A DNA stretch of 64,000 bases from Escherichia coli (GTDB lineage: Bacteria; Pseudomonadota; Gammaproteobacteria; Enterobacterales; Enterobacteriaceae): the NCBI RefSeq assembly GCF_024700885.2, contig NZ_CP117016.1. One strand, 5' to 3'. Every line of letters begins with the position of its first letter. Position 1 is the first letter of the stretch. Position numbers and translations under genes: made by a program. Below the pieces are notes generated by a model. It made no database searches. It had not been told where the DNA came from and saw only the letters and a program-made list of their open reading frames with translations. This document shows, piece after piece, positions 44,018 through 58,114 of this stretch.

Positions 44018-44752
44018 GTGAAAGTCATCATTGTTGAAGACGAATTCCTGGCACAACAGGAACTGAGCTGGCTAATTAAAGAGCACAGCCAGATGGAGAT
44101 TGTCGGCACCTTTGACGACGGTCTGGACGTGTTGAAGTTTTTGCAGCATAACCGCGTCGACGCCATTTTTCTGGATATCAATATTCCGTCGCTGGACGGT
44201 GTGTTGCTGGCGCAAAACATCAGCCAGTTCGCCCATAAACCGTTTATTGTGTTCATCACCGCGTGGAAAGAACATGCGGTAGAAGCGTTTGAACTGGAAG
44301 CGTTTGACTACATTCTCAAACCGTATCAGGAGTCACGCATTACCGGGATGCTGCAAAAACTGGAAGCGGCCTGGCAGCAACAGCAGACCAGCAGTACGCC
44401 TGCCACGACGGTAACGCGTGAGAATGACACCATTAATCTGGTGAAAGATGAGCGAATAATCGTCACGCCAATTAACGATATCTATTACGCCGAAGCGCAC
44501 GAGAAAATGACCTTTGTCTATACGCGGCGTGAATCCTACGTAATGCCGATGAACATTACCGAGTTTTGCAGCAAGCTGCCGCCATCGCATTTTTTCCGCT
44601 GCCATCGCTCATTTTGTGTCAATCTGAACAAAATCCGCGAGATCGAACCGTGGTTTAATAACACCTATATTCTGCGGCTGAAAGATCTGGATTTTGAAGT
44701 GCCAGTCAGCCGCAGCAAAGTTAAAGAATTCCGCCAGTTAATGCATCTTTAA
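44018..44752 (+). CDS. ypdB: LytTR-family response regulator YpdB
   Basis: 244 aa from GTG (MKVIIVEDEFLAQQ…), receiver plus LytTR DNA-binding domain; track ORF starts 6 codons upstream. Confidence 0.9.
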   Translation: MKVIIVEDEFLAQQELSWLIKEHSQMEIVGTFDDGLDVLKFLQHNRVDAIFLDINIPSLDGVLLAQNISQFAHKPFIVFITAWKEHAVEAFELEAFDYILKPYQESRITGMLQKLEAAWQQQQTSSTPATTVTRENDTINLVKDERIIVTPINDIYYAEAHEKMTFVYTRRESYVMPMNITEFCSKLPPSHFFRCHRSFCVNLNKIREIEPWFNNTYILRLKDLDFEVPVSRSKVKEFRQLMHL

Positions 44753-44764
44753 TCGGGAACTTTC

Positions 44765-45622
44765 ATGAAAGCACCAGGCTTGCCCGCCGATCAACAATTT
44801 TTCGCCGATCTGTTCAGCGGCCTGGTGCTTAACCCGCAACTACTGGGGCGCGTCTGGTTTGCCAGCCAGCCTGCCTCGTTACCGGTGGGCAGTTTATGTA
44901 TTGATTTTCCCCGTCTGGATATCGTGCTGCGCGGCGAATACGGCAATCTGCTGGAAGCAAAGCAGCAACGTATGGTTGAAGGAGAAATGCTGTTTATTCC
45001 AGCGCGCGCGGCTAATTTACCGATCAACAACAAACCGGTGATGCTGTTAAGCCTGGTGTTCGCACCGACCTGGCTTGGGTTATCGTTTTACGATAGCCGT
45101 ACCACGTCGTTGTTGCATCCTGCTCGCCAGATCCAACTTCCCAGCCTGCAACGCGGCGAAGGTGAAGCAATGCTTACTGCCCTCACCCATCTTAGCCGTT
45201 CGCCGCTGGAGCAGAATATCATTCAGCCGCTGGTGTTAAGTTTGCTGCATCTTTGCCGCAACGTGGTGAATATGCCGCCGGGTAATTCGCAGCCGCGCGG
45301 AGATTTTCTTTATCACAGCATTTGTAACTGGGTTCAGGATAATTATGCCCAGCCGCTCACCCGTGAGAGCGTGGCGCTGTTTTTTAATATCACGCCCAAT
45401 CATCTGTCAAAACTGTTTGCGCAGCATGGAACAATGCGTTTTATCGAATATGTGCGTTGGGTGCGAATGGCGAAGGCGAGGATGATTTTGCAGAAATATC
45501 ATCTGTCGATTCATGAAGTGGCGCAGCGTTGCGGCTTTCCGGACAGCGACTATTTTTGTCGCGTCTTCCGGCGTCAGTTTGGCCTGACGCCAGGAGAGTA
45601 CAGCGCCCGTTTTCAGGGCTAA
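44765..45622 (+). CDS. ypdC: AraC-family transcriptional regulator
   Basis: 285 aa ORF with C-terminal AraC HTH (…FIEYVRWVRMAKARMILQ…). Confidence 0.85.
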   Translation: MKAPGLPADQQFFADLFSGLVLNPQLLGRVWFASQPASLPVGSLCIDFPRLDIVLRGEYGNLLEAKQQRMVEGEMLFIPARAANLPINNKPVMLLSLVFAPTWLGLSFYDSRTTSLLHPARQIQLPSLQRGEGEAMLTALTHLSRSPLEQNIIQPLVLSLLHLCRNVVNMPPGNSQPRGDFLYHSICNWVQDNYAQPLTRESVALFFNITPNHLSKLFAQHGTMRFIEYVRWVRMAKARMILQKYHLSIHEVAQRCGFPDSDYFCRVFRRQFGLTPGEYSARFQG

Positions 45623-45624
45623 CG

Positions 45625-48120
45625 TCAGAAGGTTAATTCTGTTTCCAGCAGCGTCAGGATGCTTTGTGCATCTTGCGCGGCGAACAGCGACTGGCGGAAG
45701 TTTTTATTCACCAGTTTGCGCGCCAGCTGCGAGAAGACTTTCACATGGTTCATCCCTTCGTTAGCACCCAACGTCAGCATGATCACCAGTTCGACTTCGC
45801 CCATTTCTGACTGCCAGTCAACCGGTTTCACCAGCCGGGCAATGCTGATACTGGAATGACGGATCCACTGAGATTTGGTGTGCGGGATCGCTACGCCAAA
45901 ACCAACGCCGGTGGTAACAATCTCTTCCCGTTGCCAGACATCCTCTTCCAGCTCGAACGGATGTTCAGTGCGCCCGTTAACGCCGAGGTTACCGCACAGG
46001 AACTGGATCGCCTGCTCTTTATTGCTAAAGGCCTGATCAACGAAGATATTCTCCAGCGCCAGCAGCGGGCGAACGTCTTCTTCCGGCGTAAAGGCGGTGA
46101 GTAACGCTTCAATCTCCTGCGCGCTGCGACATTCACACGCCTGACGCGCCAGTTCCCGACACGCCTCGCTATCCAGTTGACGAAGCTGGCTTTTCACCGC
46201 CGGAATGCGCGGGCTACTCATACTCAGCTCATCCAAGCCCAGCCCAAGCAGTAGCGGCAGATAACGACTTTCACCGCCCAGTTCACCGCAAATACCTACC
46301 CATTTTCCGCGCTGATGCGCAGTGGTAATAATCTGCTGCAACATGCGCAGGAACGATGGCGTAATCGGGTTATACAGCGGCGATACGCGCGGGTTATTAC
46401 GATCGACCGCATACAGATACTGGGTCATATCGTTAGAACCGATACTGAAGAAATCGACCTCATCGCAGAAGTGGTCGATGATGTAGCACACCGACGGCAC
46501 TTCCACCATGATACCCAGCGTAATCGTCTCTGCATGACGCAGGCCATCGCGCTTAAGCTCAACGATCGCTTTTTGGATCTCGCCCTTCACCCATAAGATC
46601 TGATCGAGGCTGTGAACCATTGGGATCATCAACTGGGCGTTGCCGAAACTGGCGGCGCGCAAAATGGCCCGCAGTTGAGTGCGGAACAGGCCAGCAAATT
46701 CCGGGTAAATACGTACCGCGCGATAGCCGAGGAACGGGTTCTCTTCCTGGGGAATGTTGAGATAAGGAATGCTTTTATCGCCGCCGATGTCCATCGTGCG
46801 GAAGATAATCGGCTTGTCGCCCGCTGCCAGTAGCACCTGCTGGTAGGCTTCAAATTGCTCCTGCTCGTCCGGCGCGCTGTCGCGATCCATATAGAGCATT
46901 TCGGTACGGAACAGCCCGACGCCTTCCGCGCCGTTGGCAAACGCGCCAGGCGCTTCCAGAGCGGTGCCAATATTCGCCGCGATATCAATGCGCTTGTTAT
47001 CACGGGAATAGGCCAGCTGCGCGGCAGCCTGCGCCTGCTGCTGCTGACGTTTATCTGCCAGCGTCTGCGCAACCTGATAATAACCGCTCACCGCGTCATC
47101 AGGATTAATCGCCAGCACGCCGCACTGGGCGTCAAGCACTGCCGGTTGCCCGGCATAGCGCGCGATCGCATCCAGCGGCAAGCCACTTAGTACCGGGATC
47201 GCCGAGGCGCGGGCCAGAATCAGGGTATGCGAGGTGCGCCCGGTTTTCTCCAGAATCATGCCCGCAAGATTTTTTAAATCGAGGCTCAAAAACTGGCTTG
47301 GGGTTAAATCCTCGGCCACCAGAATAGTCGGTTTTTCCAGCACCAGATTGTTGCGCGGCTTCAGTTCCGGCCAGGTGATATGCAGCAACTGTTCGCTGAT
47401 ATCGCGAATGTCGCTGACCCGCTCGCGCAGATAATCGCTGGCAGAAGCAGATAGTTTGGCGCAAACCTGCTCCATATTGCTGATGATCGCCGCCCCCAGT
47501 CCCTGATGCTGTTCTGCCATAAGGCGACGGATATTGCCTGCAAATTCATCATCCTGAATCAGCGACAAATGGGCGCTGAGGATAGTTTTGCTTTCGCCGT
47601 CACGCTCGCGCAGTTGCTGGTTCAGTTGCTCGGCAAGCGTTGCCAGGCTGTGCTCCAGCCGGGTGGAGTCTTGCGCACTGGCCGGGATTGCCCGATAACT
47701 GTCGAGGCTGTCGCTCTGTAACAGGGTCAGCGTACCCACGCCGACGCCGCTTGCCAGCACATTGCCGTACAGTAAATCAGGATTCAGACGGCTTAATGAA
47801 CGCGGCAGCGGATGCGCCGTCAGTTCTACCTGCGTTGGCTGGACGCTGTCGCTGTCGATAAAGCGCACCTGGATGTACTCTTCCAGCACGCGCCGCGCCT
47901 GCTCTTCATCGCTGCCGCTAATGTTCAGGCTGCAACTGTCATTAAATAGGGTGCCGGTGCCAATCAGCGCCAGCGAGCTTTTCGCATCTGCCTTTGCGTT
48001 CTGGCGATGGTTGATGAAGGTGATTTCGCTTTGCCACTGGCTGCACTGTTCTTTAAGTTCCCACGCCGGACGAGCATGCAGACCGTTAGGCAGAGGACAG
48101 AGAAATTGAATCGTTAGCAT
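45625..48120 (-). CDS. fryA: multiphosphoryl transfer protein (HPr–Enzyme I–EIIA fusion) of fructose-like PTS
   Basis: 831 aa ORF containing HPr-like N-terminus, PEP-utilising Enzyme I core and EIIA-Fru-like C-terminus. Confidence 0.9.
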   Translation of the reverse strand: MLTIQFLCPLPNGLHARPAWELKEQCSQWQSEITFINHRQNAKADAKSSLALIGTGTLFNDSCSLNISGSDEEQARRVLEEYIQVRFIDSDSVQPTQVELTAHPLPRSLSRLNPDLLYGNVLASGVGVGTLTLLQSDSLDSYRAIPASAQDSTRLEHSLATLAEQLNQQLRERDGESKTILSAHLSLIQDDEFAGNIRRLMAEQHQGLGAAIISNMEQVCAKLSASASDYLRERVSDIRDISEQLLHITWPELKPRNNLVLEKPTILVAEDLTPSQFLSLDLKNLAGMILEKTGRTSHTLILARASAIPVLSGLPLDAIARYAGQPAVLDAQCGVLAINPDDAVSGYYQVAQTLADKRQQQQAQAAAQLAYSRDNKRIDIAANIGTALEAPGAFANGAEGVGLFRTEMLYMDRDSAPDEQEQFEAYQQVLLAAGDKPIIFRTMDIGGDKSIPYLNIPQEENPFLGYRAVRIYPEFAGLFRTQLRAILRAASFGNAQLMIPMVHSLDQILWVKGEIQKAIVELKRDGLRHAETITLGIMVEVPSVCYIIDHFCDEVDFFSIGSNDMTQYLYAVDRNNPRVSPLYNPITPSFLRMLQQIITTAHQRGKWVGICGELGGESRYLPLLLGLGLDELSMSSPRIPAVKSQLRQLDSEACRELARQACECRSAQEIEALLTAFTPEEDVRPLLALENIFVDQAFSNKEQAIQFLCGNLGVNGRTEHPFELEEDVWQREEIVTTGVGFGVAIPHTKSQWIRHSSISIARLVKPVDWQSEMGEVELVIMLTLGANEGMNHVKVFSQLARKLVNKNFRQSLFAAQDAQSILTLLETELTF

Positions 48121-48144
48121 AACCGCTCCGGGTTAATCAGGAGA

Positions 48145-49182
48145 TCATCTGAAATCCGTCAGTTGAACAACCGTCTCACGCGTAAGACGTTGAATAAGGG
48201 CAGATAAAAGTTGCTGCATCTGCAAAATGTCGCGACAATCGGCAATCGATGCCGCGCAATGTCCGTGGCGGGTGGCAGGCCCCATCACCACTGTGGGTAC
48301 GCCAGTGCCGGTTAAGTGCACCGCCCCACCGTCCGTGCCACCGTTGCTGAACATATCCGCCTGCAACGGCACGCCAATTTCTGCCGCCACGGTTTCAATC
48401 CACGCGGTAAGTTTTGGCGGCGCAATCAGCGATTTATCGCTTAACACCAGCATCGGGCCGTTACCAATCTGACGATGGTTAGCCGCGCCATAATCAAAGT
48501 TTTTCGCCCAGCAGGCGGTATCAAGCACAATGGCGACATCCGGCGACACCGCGCGGGTGGCAGTTTGCCCGCCGCGTAATCCCACCTCTTCGCTGGAGCT
48601 GGCCACCAGCCACACTTCCGCAGGCAGTTCGGCATCATGCAGCTCACGTAGTAACGTCACCAGCAGATAGCAACCGAGGCGGTCATCAAAGGCTTTCCCC
48701 ATCACTCGCTGGTGGGGTAGAACCTGAAAAGTGGTATCGAAGGTGACGCGATCGCCTGGACGAATTCCCGCCTGCATCACTTCGTCATACGAGCGCGCGC
48801 CAATGTCCACGCGCATGGCGCTAACATCATTCCCCTGCCGGTCGTCGTCAAGCAGGCCTGGAATTTTGCACTCTTCACGGGTGGTGATGCGCACCGGCTG
48901 CAGCTGGCGGGCAGCCATGCGCACATTGCCAACCGGCAGCACGTCAATAGCCCCTTCGCGGGAGATGCTGCGCACCATAAATCCCACTTCATCCATATGC
49001 GCACAGATCATCACCTTCGGACCTGTCGACTCATTGAGTCGGATCAGCACCGATCCCAGCCCATCAAATCGCACTTCTTTTTGCAGGCGATCCGCTTCTT
49101 CCAGCAGGATCTGCCGTACTTCCTGTTCCGAGGAGGCGATCGCATCTGCCTCGCTCAACGCTTTTAATAGCGATAAATCCAT
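48145..49182 (-). CDS. ypdE: M42-family aminopeptidase
   Basis: 345 aa ORF of the FrvX/YpdE aminopeptidase family; overlaps ypdF by 1 bp. Confidence 0.9.
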   Translation of the reverse strand: MDLSLLKALSEADAIASSEQEVRQILLEEADRLQKEVRFDGLGSVLIRLNESTGPKVMICAHMDEVGFMVRSISREGAIDVLPVGNVRMAARQLQPVRITTREECKIPGLLDDDRQGNDVSAMRVDIGARSYDEVMQAGIRPGDRVTFDTTFQVLPHQRVMGKAFDDRLGCYLLVTLLRELHDAELPAEVWLVASSSEEVGLRGGQTATRAVSPDVAIVLDTACWAKNFDYGAANHRQIGNGPMLVLSDKSLIAPPKLTAWIETVAAEIGVPLQADMFSNGGTDGGAVHLTGTGVPTVVMGPATRHGHCAASIADCRDILQMQQLLSALIQRLTRETVVQLTDFR

Positions 49183-50267
49183 TATGCCTCTCCCGTGAGC
49201 AACACTGTTTTCGGCATGGCGTAGAGCACTTCTGCTCCTTGCGGGGTAACCAGCACAACATCTTCGATGCGCACGCCCCCTTGCCCTGGCAAATAAATCC
49301 CCGGCTCCACGGTCAGCAACATGCCTGGCTGTAGCGTCGTGGTGTCCCGCGGTGAAAAACGCGGATCTTCATGGACTTCAATGCCGATAGCGTGACCGGT
49401 GTTATGACCGAAATAGTCGCCATAACCTGCTTCTGTAATGACCCGGCGCGCGGCGTCGTCAACCTGCTGGCAGCGCACGCCGGGGCGAATTGCAGAGATT
49501 GCTGCGAGCTGTGCTTGCAGGACAATCTGATAGACGTTAAACAGCGGGTGGGATTCGGCACTTACCCCTTCGCCATTCACCAGCAAGGTGCGCGTCATAT
49601 CAGAGCAGTAGCCCTGATACAGCGCACCAAAATCAAGAGTGACAAACTCGCCCGCTGCAACAATCTTGTCGCTGGCTTTACCGTGCGGCAGCGCGCCACG
49701 CCAGCCGCTGGCGACAATGGTATCGAAAGAGGCTTTTTCTGCGCCCTGCTGGCGCATAAACCACTCCAGTTCAGCGGCTATCTCGCGCTCGCTCATCCCC
49801 GCCTGAATAAAGCGGCGAATATGCTCAGCACCGCGATCGGCAATCCCACAGGCGAGGCGGATTTTCTCCACCTCCTCTGGCGTTTTGATTTGCCGCAGCA
49901 CATCCGGCGTGGCGCTAACCAGTTTCGCATTGAGTTCAGACTGCCAGCGGTGCGCGGTTTCCCAACTCACCTGCTGGCCTTCAAAACCGAGCGTTTGCAA
50001 CTGCTCATCGGCAATGATTTGATTGACGATAGTGGTAAGCGTGTTCGTCGCGTCAAGCAAATGCAGCTGGTAGCCTTGCGTGCGGGCTTCTACATCCGCG
50101 TAGTAGCGCGAATCCACCAGAATGTGCGCACTTACACGGCTAATCACCACATAGCCTGATCCGGTGGAGATCCCCAGATGCGGCTGTTTGTTCTGCCGTG
50201 AGGAGAGAAGCACCGCATCCAGTTGTTGCGCCTTAAGCCAGTCGCGCAGCGAAGCGAGTAATGTCAT
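49182..50267 (-). CDS. ypdF: Xaa-Pro aminopeptidase (M24 family)
   Basis: 361 aa ORF with M24 'pita-bread' metal-binding signature (…[13 protein letters not shown]…). Confidence 0.9.
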   Translation of the reverse strand: MTLLASLRDWLKAQQLDAVLLSSRQNKQPHLGISTGSGYVVISRVSAHILVDSRYYADVEARTQGYQLHLLDATNTLTTIVNQIIADEQLQTLGFEGQQVSWETAHRWQSELNAKLVSATPDVLRQIKTPEEVEKIRLACGIADRGAEHIRRFIQAGMSEREIAAELEWFMRQQGAEKASFDTIVASGWRGALPHGKASDKIVAAGEFVTLDFGALYQGYCSDMTRTLLVNGEGVSAESHPLFNVYQIVLQAQLAAISAIRPGVRCQQVDDAARRVITEAGYGDYFGHNTGHAIGIEVHEDPRFSPRDTTTLQPGMLLTVEPGIYLPGQGGVRIEDVVLVTPQGAEVLYAMPKTVLLTGEA

Positions 50268-50281
50268 CAGGATTGTCCTTC

Positions 50282-51529
50282 TTACAGGCTATCGATTAAC
50301 AATTTGCCTTTACGGAACATCATCAGACGCAGGAACACCACCATCAGCGCAGTAATGACTGCCCCCAGCGCGATCCCCGCCATGTAGACGCCGAGGTTAG
50401 TGACCAGTGGCCATGCCCAGATAGCGGATTCCGGGAACCATTGCACTGCGCCCAGCCAGACTGCAGCGGTTGAGCCGACAATCGCGCCAACCATATAGGA
50501 CGGAATGGCGGTGATGGGACTTTCCAGTGCAAACGGAATCGCACCTTCACTGATCCCCATAAAGGCAAGGAACATGGCGGTTTTACCCTGCGGATAAAGC
50601 TGAGCGTTGAACAGGCGTTTGCCGGTTAAACGACGGTCAATAATGGTCGCCAGACCCAGACCAATCGGCGGAATAACAATAGCGATGGAACGTGCGGTGA
50701 CCGGTAATACGTGGTCCGTGGTAAAGCTGAAGGCAACGAAACCTGCGGCTTTGTTGATCGGGCCACCAAGGTCGATTGCTGTCGCCGCGGCGATCCCCAT
50801 CGCATACATTAGCGCGCCCTTCTCACCTGCGGCAGTCAGCACGGCACGAATACCGCCGTTGATCCAGCCACCAAAGGGGGTGATGACGTAGTACATCGCC
50901 AGCATGACAAAAATGGCGGAAAGAATCGGTAGCAAAAATGTGGTTTTGAACGCTAACAGGAAATCCGGTAACTGGATTTTCTGGTTCATCCACTTCACAA
51001 GGTAACCCGCAACGATAGAAATAATCAGGGCACCAATGAAGGTGGACGGCACCGGCGAAGAGGTCGCCCATTGCATCGTGCTGGGATCGAAGTTCAGCAG
51101 TTGCGTCGGCTGGGTAGACATCAAGCCGCCGATAAAACCAGCCGGGAACGCCAGTTTGCCACCGATAGAGTTCGCCACAAATGCAGCAAACATCGGAATG
51201 GCGAAACCAAACAACACGCCGCCGAAGGATTGCGACAGCCAGGCAAATTTCAGTAAGGAAAGGTCGAAACCGGAGAATTTCCCGCTATTAAGAGCATCCA
51301 TGATGCCGATATCAGCAGGAATTTTAAGCCAGCTATAAGCAATCAGCTGGCTGAAAGCGAGGATCACACCACCCATAATTAAGGTCGGCACCATGCGTGA
51401 AATCCCTGACATCACATGCTGCGGGAGTTCACCCCAGAAGCTGCTTTTAGAGGCCTGCGGATTCTTAACTGCCGCTGCCGCACCGGATGCGCCAGGCACA
51501 ACGGTTGCACTGCGTTTTTTAATGGCCAT
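50282..51529 (-). CDS. fryC: PTS fructose-like EIIC permease component
   Basis: 415 aa polytopic membrane ORF, EIIC-Fru-like. Confidence 0.9.
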   Translation of the reverse strand: MAIKKRSATVVPGASGAAAAVKNPQASKSSFWGELPQHVMSGISRMVPTLIMGGVILAFSQLIAYSWLKIPADIGIMDALNSGKFSGFDLSLLKFAWLSQSFGGVLFGFAIPMFAAFVANSIGGKLAFPAGFIGGLMSTQPTQLLNFDPSTMQWATSSPVPSTFIGALIISIVAGYLVKWMNQKIQLPDFLLAFKTTFLLPILSAIFVMLAMYYVITPFGGWINGGIRAVLTAAGEKGALMYAMGIAAATAIDLGGPINKAAGFVAFSFTTDHVLPVTARSIAIVIPPIGLGLATIIDRRLTGKRLFNAQLYPQGKTAMFLAFMGISEGAIPFALESPITAIPSYMVGAIVGSTAAVWLGAVQWFPESAIWAWPLVTNLGVYMAGIALGAVITALMVVFLRLMMFRKGKLLIDSL

Positions 51530-51550
51530 AACAATTATCCCTGTCGAATA

Positions 51551-51877
51551 TTACTGTTGTTCAGAGGCAATCATCTCTTCGATTTCTTTGATGATGCCCG
51601 CAGCGTTTTTAATTGCGTCCTGCAAAGTGATTTCATAAACGTCGCGTGATTCGAAACGTTCGTTATCTTCCGGGGTAACCGCCACGGAGTGGATGATGAT
51701 GGTCGCTTCGGCGATATCCTGCGCGGTCAGGCGATTCTGGATGCCGTCCGCGCCCTGAGTTTCAATTTTCACTTCATAGCCTGCTTCCACCGCCGCTTCT
51801 TCCAGCGCCTGGGCTGCCATAAAGGTGTGAGCCAGACCCATCGGGCAGGCACATAAAGCAATCAGTTTCTTACTCAT
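51551..51877 (-). CDS. fryB: PTS fructose-like EIIB component
   Basis: 108 aa from MSKKLIALCACPMGLAHTFMAA… (active-site Cys in CACPMG); track ORF starts 17 codons upstream. Confidence 0.85.
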   Translation of the reverse strand: MSKKLIALCACPMGLAHTFMAAQALEEAAVEAGYEVKIETQGADGIQNRLTAQDIAEATIIIHSVAVTPEDNERFESRDVYEITLQDAIKNAAGIIKEIEEMIASEQQ

Positions 51878-52096
51878 CGTTAATTCCTCGTTCAGTGATA
51901 GTTGACGAGTGAAATTATGAACGTGCAAAACAAATCGCCGTTACCAGACAAATAATGCATTTACTGGAGAATTAATCCCGCTGTACGGAAGTGTGACGCA
52001 GGTCGGCCTTGTGAGGAGGACACAAAGAAAAATTGAATTAACTGTATGATTTAAAAGATTATCGGGAGAGTTACCTCCCGATATAACAGGAAGGAT

Positions 52097-53062
52097 TTAC
52101 AGAATGTGACCTAAGGTCTGGCGTAAATGTGCACCGGAACCGAGAAGACCCGGATTGTCATGGACGATGAGATACACCGGAATATCATGGACATATTCTT
52201 TAAAGCGCCCTTTATCTTCAAATGCGGCACGGAAACCAGAGGCTTTGAAGAACTCAAGGAAGCGCGGCACGATACCACCCGCAATAAACACGCCGCCAAA
52301 TGTCCCGAGATTGAGCGCCAGATTGCCGCCAAAACGGCCCATAATGACGCAAAACAGCGACAACGCGCGGCGGCAATCGGTGCAGCTGTCAGCCAGCGCA
52401 CGTTCGGTAATATCTTTTGGCTTGAGATTTTCTGGCAGGCGGTTGTCGGCTTTCACAATCGCGCGATACAAATTCACCAGCCCAGGACCAGAAAGCACGC
52501 GCTCTGCCGAAACATGACCAATTTCTGCACGCAGTATTTCGAGGATAATGCCCTCTTCTTCACTATTCGGCGCAAAATCAACGTGACCGCCTTCGCCTGG
52601 CAAGCTTACCCAACGCTTATCGACATGGACCAGATGCGCAACCCCAAGCCCCGTTCCGGCACCGTAAACCGCAATAGGCTTACCTTCGACCGGTTCTGCG
52701 CCACCAAACTGAATCAGATGCTCTTTTTTCAGCATCGGGATCGCCATCGATACAGCGGTAAAATCGTTAATAATTTCCAGATGGCTAAAACCGAGATTCT
52801 TTTTCATTTCGGCAATTGAGAACGCCCAGGTATGGTTGGTCATTGCCACCCAGTCACCGGTAATTGGGCAAGCAATGGCAATACAGCCGTCTTTCACCTC
52901 GACCTTATGTTCTTCAAGATAAACGCGAATGACCGCTTCGAGGCTGGGGTAATCAAGCCCTGAATAGGTCTTAGCCTGCGAGATTTCACCACTGGCAATA
53001 TCACACAGAGCAAGACGTGCGTTGGTGCCGCCCACATCACCGACTAATGCATACTTTGTCAT
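52097..53062 (-). CDS. glk: glucokinase
   Basis: 321 aa ORF beginning [19 protein letters not shown]… (ROK-like glucokinase). Confidence 0.95.
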   Translation of the reverse strand: MTKYALVGDVGGTNARLALCDIASGEISQAKTYSGLDYPSLEAVIRVYLEEHKVEVKDGCIAIACPITGDWVAMTNHTWAFSIAEMKKNLGFSHLEIINDFTAVSMAIPMLKKEHLIQFGGAEPVEGKPIAVYGAGTGLGVAHLVHVDKRWVSLPGEGGHVDFAPNSEEEGIILEILRAEIGHVSAERVLSGPGLVNLYRAIVKADNRLPENLKPKDITERALADSCTDCRRALSLFCVIMGRFGGNLALNLGTFGGVFIAGGIVPRFLEFFKASGFRAAFEDKGRFKEYVHDIPVYLIVHDNPGLLGSGAHLRQTLGHIL

Positions 53063-53265
53063 TCTTCAACTGCTCCGCTAAAGTCAAAATAATTCTTTCT
53101 CACACTGTAAATACCTGGGGGCATAACAACAACGCCGGAAAGGCAGGCTCCCTGTAAATATCGATCTGGGTCACACAATTACTTTATCGTTTCAGCACCA
53201 ATTGCAGCGATGCCTTTTTGCAAGCTGGGCAAACTAAGTATCTGACCCCGCATAAGGAATAGAAC

Positions 53266-54522
53266 ATGCTCCATCCGCGAGCCAGAACCATGTTGTTATT
53301 ATCGCTCCCCGCCGTGGCAATTGGGATTGCGTCCAGTCTTATTCTGATTGTGGTGATGAAAATCGCCTCGGTATTACAGAATTTGCTCTGGCAACGACTG
53401 CCGGGAACTCTGGGGATAGCTCAGGATTCACCTTTCTGGATCATCGCCATATTAACGCTAACAGGTATTGCGGTGGGGTTGGTTATCCGTTTCAGCCAGA
53501 GGCATGCTGGACCAGACCCCGCCTGTGAACCGCTGATCGGCGCACCGGTTCCGCCCTCTGCGCTACCTGGACTTATCGTAGCATTAATTCTCGGTCTTGC
53601 TGGCGGCGTCAGCCTGGGGCCGGAACATCCGATCATGACCGTCAATATCGCCCTTGCGGTTGCCATTGGCGCTCGTCTGTTACCGCGCGTCAACCGAATG
53701 GAGTGGACTATTTTAGCCTCTGCCGGCACCATCGGCGCGCTGTTTGGCACACCTGTTGCGGCGGCGTTGATATTTTCGCAAACCTTAAATGGCAGTAGTG
53801 AAGTTCCGCTATGGGATCGTCTTTTTGCGCCATTAATGGCGGCAGCAGCTGGTGCACTTACTACCGGATTATTTTTCCATCCCCATTTTTCACTGCCCAT
53901 TGCGCATTACGGACAAATGGAAATGACCGATATTCTCAGCGGTGCAATTGTCGCGGCGATTGCCATCGCAGCAGGGATGGTCGCCGTATGGTGCTTACCA
54001 CGGTTGCACGCGATGATGCATCAAATGAAAAATCCGGTGCTCGTGCTGGGTATTGGCGGATTTATTCTCGGTATTCTGGGGGTTATTGGTGGACCAGTTT
54101 CGCTGTTTAAAGGGCTGGATGAGATGCAGCAGATGGTGGCAAATCAGGCTTTCAGCACCAGCGATTACTTTTTGCTGGCGGTAATTAAACTTGCCGCCCT
54201 GGTCGTTGCTGCCGCCAGTGGCTTTCGCGGTGGGCGAATCTTCCCGGCAGTGTTTGTCGGCGTGGCATTAGGGTTGATGCTGCATGAGCACGTTCCCGCC
54301 GTTCCAGCAGCAATAACCGTTTCCTGCGCTATTCTCGGCATCGTGCTGGTGGTAACACGCGATGGCTGGTTAAGTCTTTTTATGGCGGCAGTCGTTGTAC
54401 CCAATACCACATTGCTACCGCTGCTCTGTATCGTCATGCTTCCGGCATGGCTGTTATTAGCAGGTAAGCCGATGATGATGGTCAATCGTCCGAAGCAACA
54501 GCCACCCCACGATAACGTTTAG
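53266..54522 (+). CDS. yfeO: ClC-like voltage-gated chloride channel family membrane protein
   Basis: 418 aa polytopic membrane ORF, Gly/Ala-rich helices. Confidence 0.85.
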   Translation: MLHPRARTMLLLSLPAVAIGIASSLILIVVMKIASVLQNLLWQRLPGTLGIAQDSPFWIIAILTLTGIAVGLVIRFSQRHAGPDPACEPLIGAPVPPSALPGLIVALILGLAGGVSLGPEHPIMTVNIALAVAIGARLLPRVNRMEWTILASAGTIGALFGTPVAAALIFSQTLNGSSEVPLWDRLFAPLMAAAAGALTTGLFFHPHFSLPIAHYGQMEMTDILSGAIVAAIAIAAGMVAVWCLPRLHAMMHQMKNPVLVLGIGGFILGILGVIGGPVSLFKGLDEMQQMVANQAFSTSDYFLLAVIKLAALVVAAASGFRGGRIFPAVFVGVALGLMLHEHVPAVPAAITVSCAILGIVLVVTRDGWLSLFMAAVVVPNTTLLPLLCIVMLPAWLLLAGKPMMMVNRPKQQPPHDNV

Positions 54523-54636
54523 CAAAAAATGCTCTCCTTTATGATTTAAGAGTTATGGCGATGATACGGGGCTTTACCTCCCCGTAATATTGCGTTAACA
54601 GGCCGCTGACGGCTTCGATCGTGAAGGAGAATAACA

Positions 54637-54963
54637 ATGTTCAGGTCACTGTTTCTGGCGGCCGCCCTGATGGCATTTACCCCGCTTGCGGCAAACGCAG
54701 GTGAAATCACCCTACTGCCATCAATCAAATTACAAATTGGCGATCGCGATCATTACGGTAATTACTGGGACGGTGGTCACTGGCGCGACCGTGACTACTG
54801 GCATCGCAATTATGAATGGCGTAAGAACCGCTGGTGGCGTCATGATAATGGCTACCATCGTGGCTGGGATAAGCGTAAAGCGTATGAGCGTGGCTATCGT
54901 GAAGGCTGGCGCGATCGTGACGATCATCGTGGAAAAGGCCGCGGACATGGACATCGCCATTAA
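54637..54963 (+). CDS. ypeC: secreted low-complexity His/Arg/Trp/Asp-rich protein (DUF2502)
   Basis: 108 aa ORF with signal peptide (…[11 protein letters not shown]) and repetitive [28 protein letters not shown]… composition. Confidence 0.75.
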
Positions 54964-55056
54964 ACACATTCGCCAATGGAGCACAATGCCTGATGCGACG
55001 CTAGTTGAACTGCACCCCAAATGTTGGACATAATCTGACATCTGAAGGTGCAGTTT

Positions 55057-55578
55057 ATGAAACATTCATTTGAAGTAAAACTTGCCGCTGTAAATCATTA
55101 CCTGGCCGGTCATGCAGGCATCATTTCTACGGCAAAACTCTTTCAACTTTCTCACACCAGCCTCTCACACTGGATTAATCTTTTTCTTCTTCACGGTCCT
55201 CGGGCACTGGATTGCAGACACAAGCGTAGCTATTCTCCTGAAGATAAACTTTGCGTGGTTCTTTATGCTCTCGGGCATTCTGAGTCTCTACCCCGGGTAG
55301 CTGCCCGGTTTAACATTCCCAGCCACAACACGGTTAAAAACTGGATAAAAGGCTACCGCAAATCTGGTAATGAGGCCTTTATCAGGCGCAGGAAGGAGAA
55401 AAGCATGACCCGTTCTGATGATACCCATGAAAACGAGGCAAACATGACGCCGGAAGAGATGAAGAATGAGCTGCGTTATCTTCGCGCAGAAAATGCATAT
55501 CTGAAAGCCATGCAGGAGCATCTCCTGGAAAAAAAGCGCCAGGAGCTGGAGAAAAAACGAAAGTCATCCGGAGCCTGA
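55057..55578 (+). CDS. IS3-family transposase OrfA (HTH / leucine-zipper part)
   Basis: 173 aa from MKHSFEVKLAAVNHY…; ends just after the A AAA AAG slippery heptamer (55530-55536). Confidence 0.85.
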   Translation: MKHSFEVKLAAVNHYLAGHAGIISTAKLFQLSHTSLSHWINLFLLHGPRALDCRHKRSYSPEDKLCVVLYALGHSESLPRVAARFNIPSHNTVKNWIKGYRKSGNEAFIRRRKEKSMTRSDDTHENEANMTPEEMKNELRYLRAENAYLKAMQEHLLEKKRQELEKKRKSSGA

Positions 55579-55682
55579 GGTGCGGACACTGCCAGCCTGA
55601 CCTGTTAAAGGCTGCAGGGCTGGCCAGAAGCACGCTGTACTACCAGCTGTCACTGCAGAAGGCTAAGGACAAGTATGCTGAT

Positions 55683-56438
<756 letters not shown>

Positions 56439-56540
56439 AGTGCGTCTTGTCAGGCCTACAAACCGTCTCTTTAACGCGTAGGGCGGATAAGGCGTTTTAC
56501 GCCGCATCCGCCAGTGATGCCTGGTACGACGCCAGTTGAA

Positions 56541-57788
<1,248 letters not shown>

Positions 57789-57791
57789 CTA

Positions 57792-57841
57792 AAACATAGC
57801 CTTTGCTATGTTTCATGCTATGCTAAACGATAATGATTATC
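57792..57841. promoter_or_regulatory. mntH promoter operators: MntR palindrome and Fur box
   Basis: AAACATAGC-CTTT-GCTATGTTT perfect inverted repeat (57792-57813), then GATAATGATTATC Fur-box-like sequence (57829-57841), 13-60 bp upstream of mntH. Confidence 0.6.
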
Positions 57842-58114
57842 AAATTCATTTAAATGGGTTGTGGTGATTTCTCTGATAGACCAGGATTATGACTACGAAA
57901 AGATTGATGACTTGAATGTTATGGTTATGTTTAATGTTAGCACATTTACATAACTTTCAGCTTTCATACACAACATAGCAGAAATGTATGACAGCTCACT
58001 ATTTTTGAAGCTTGTCACAGGACGTCATTATAGTGTGTGTCAGATCTCGTTTTCCTTAACCATGTTACATAGAATGTGCACGGAAATTTAACCTGCCTCA
58101 TATTTGGAGCAAAT

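Noticed and set aside
49371-50159. 262-aa plus-strand ORF
   Set aside because: Antisense within ypdF (M24 peptidase), which has clear catalytic motifs in the minus frame.
52127-52819. 230-aa plus-strand ORF
   Set aside because: Antisense within glk; no RBS and no protein-like composition.
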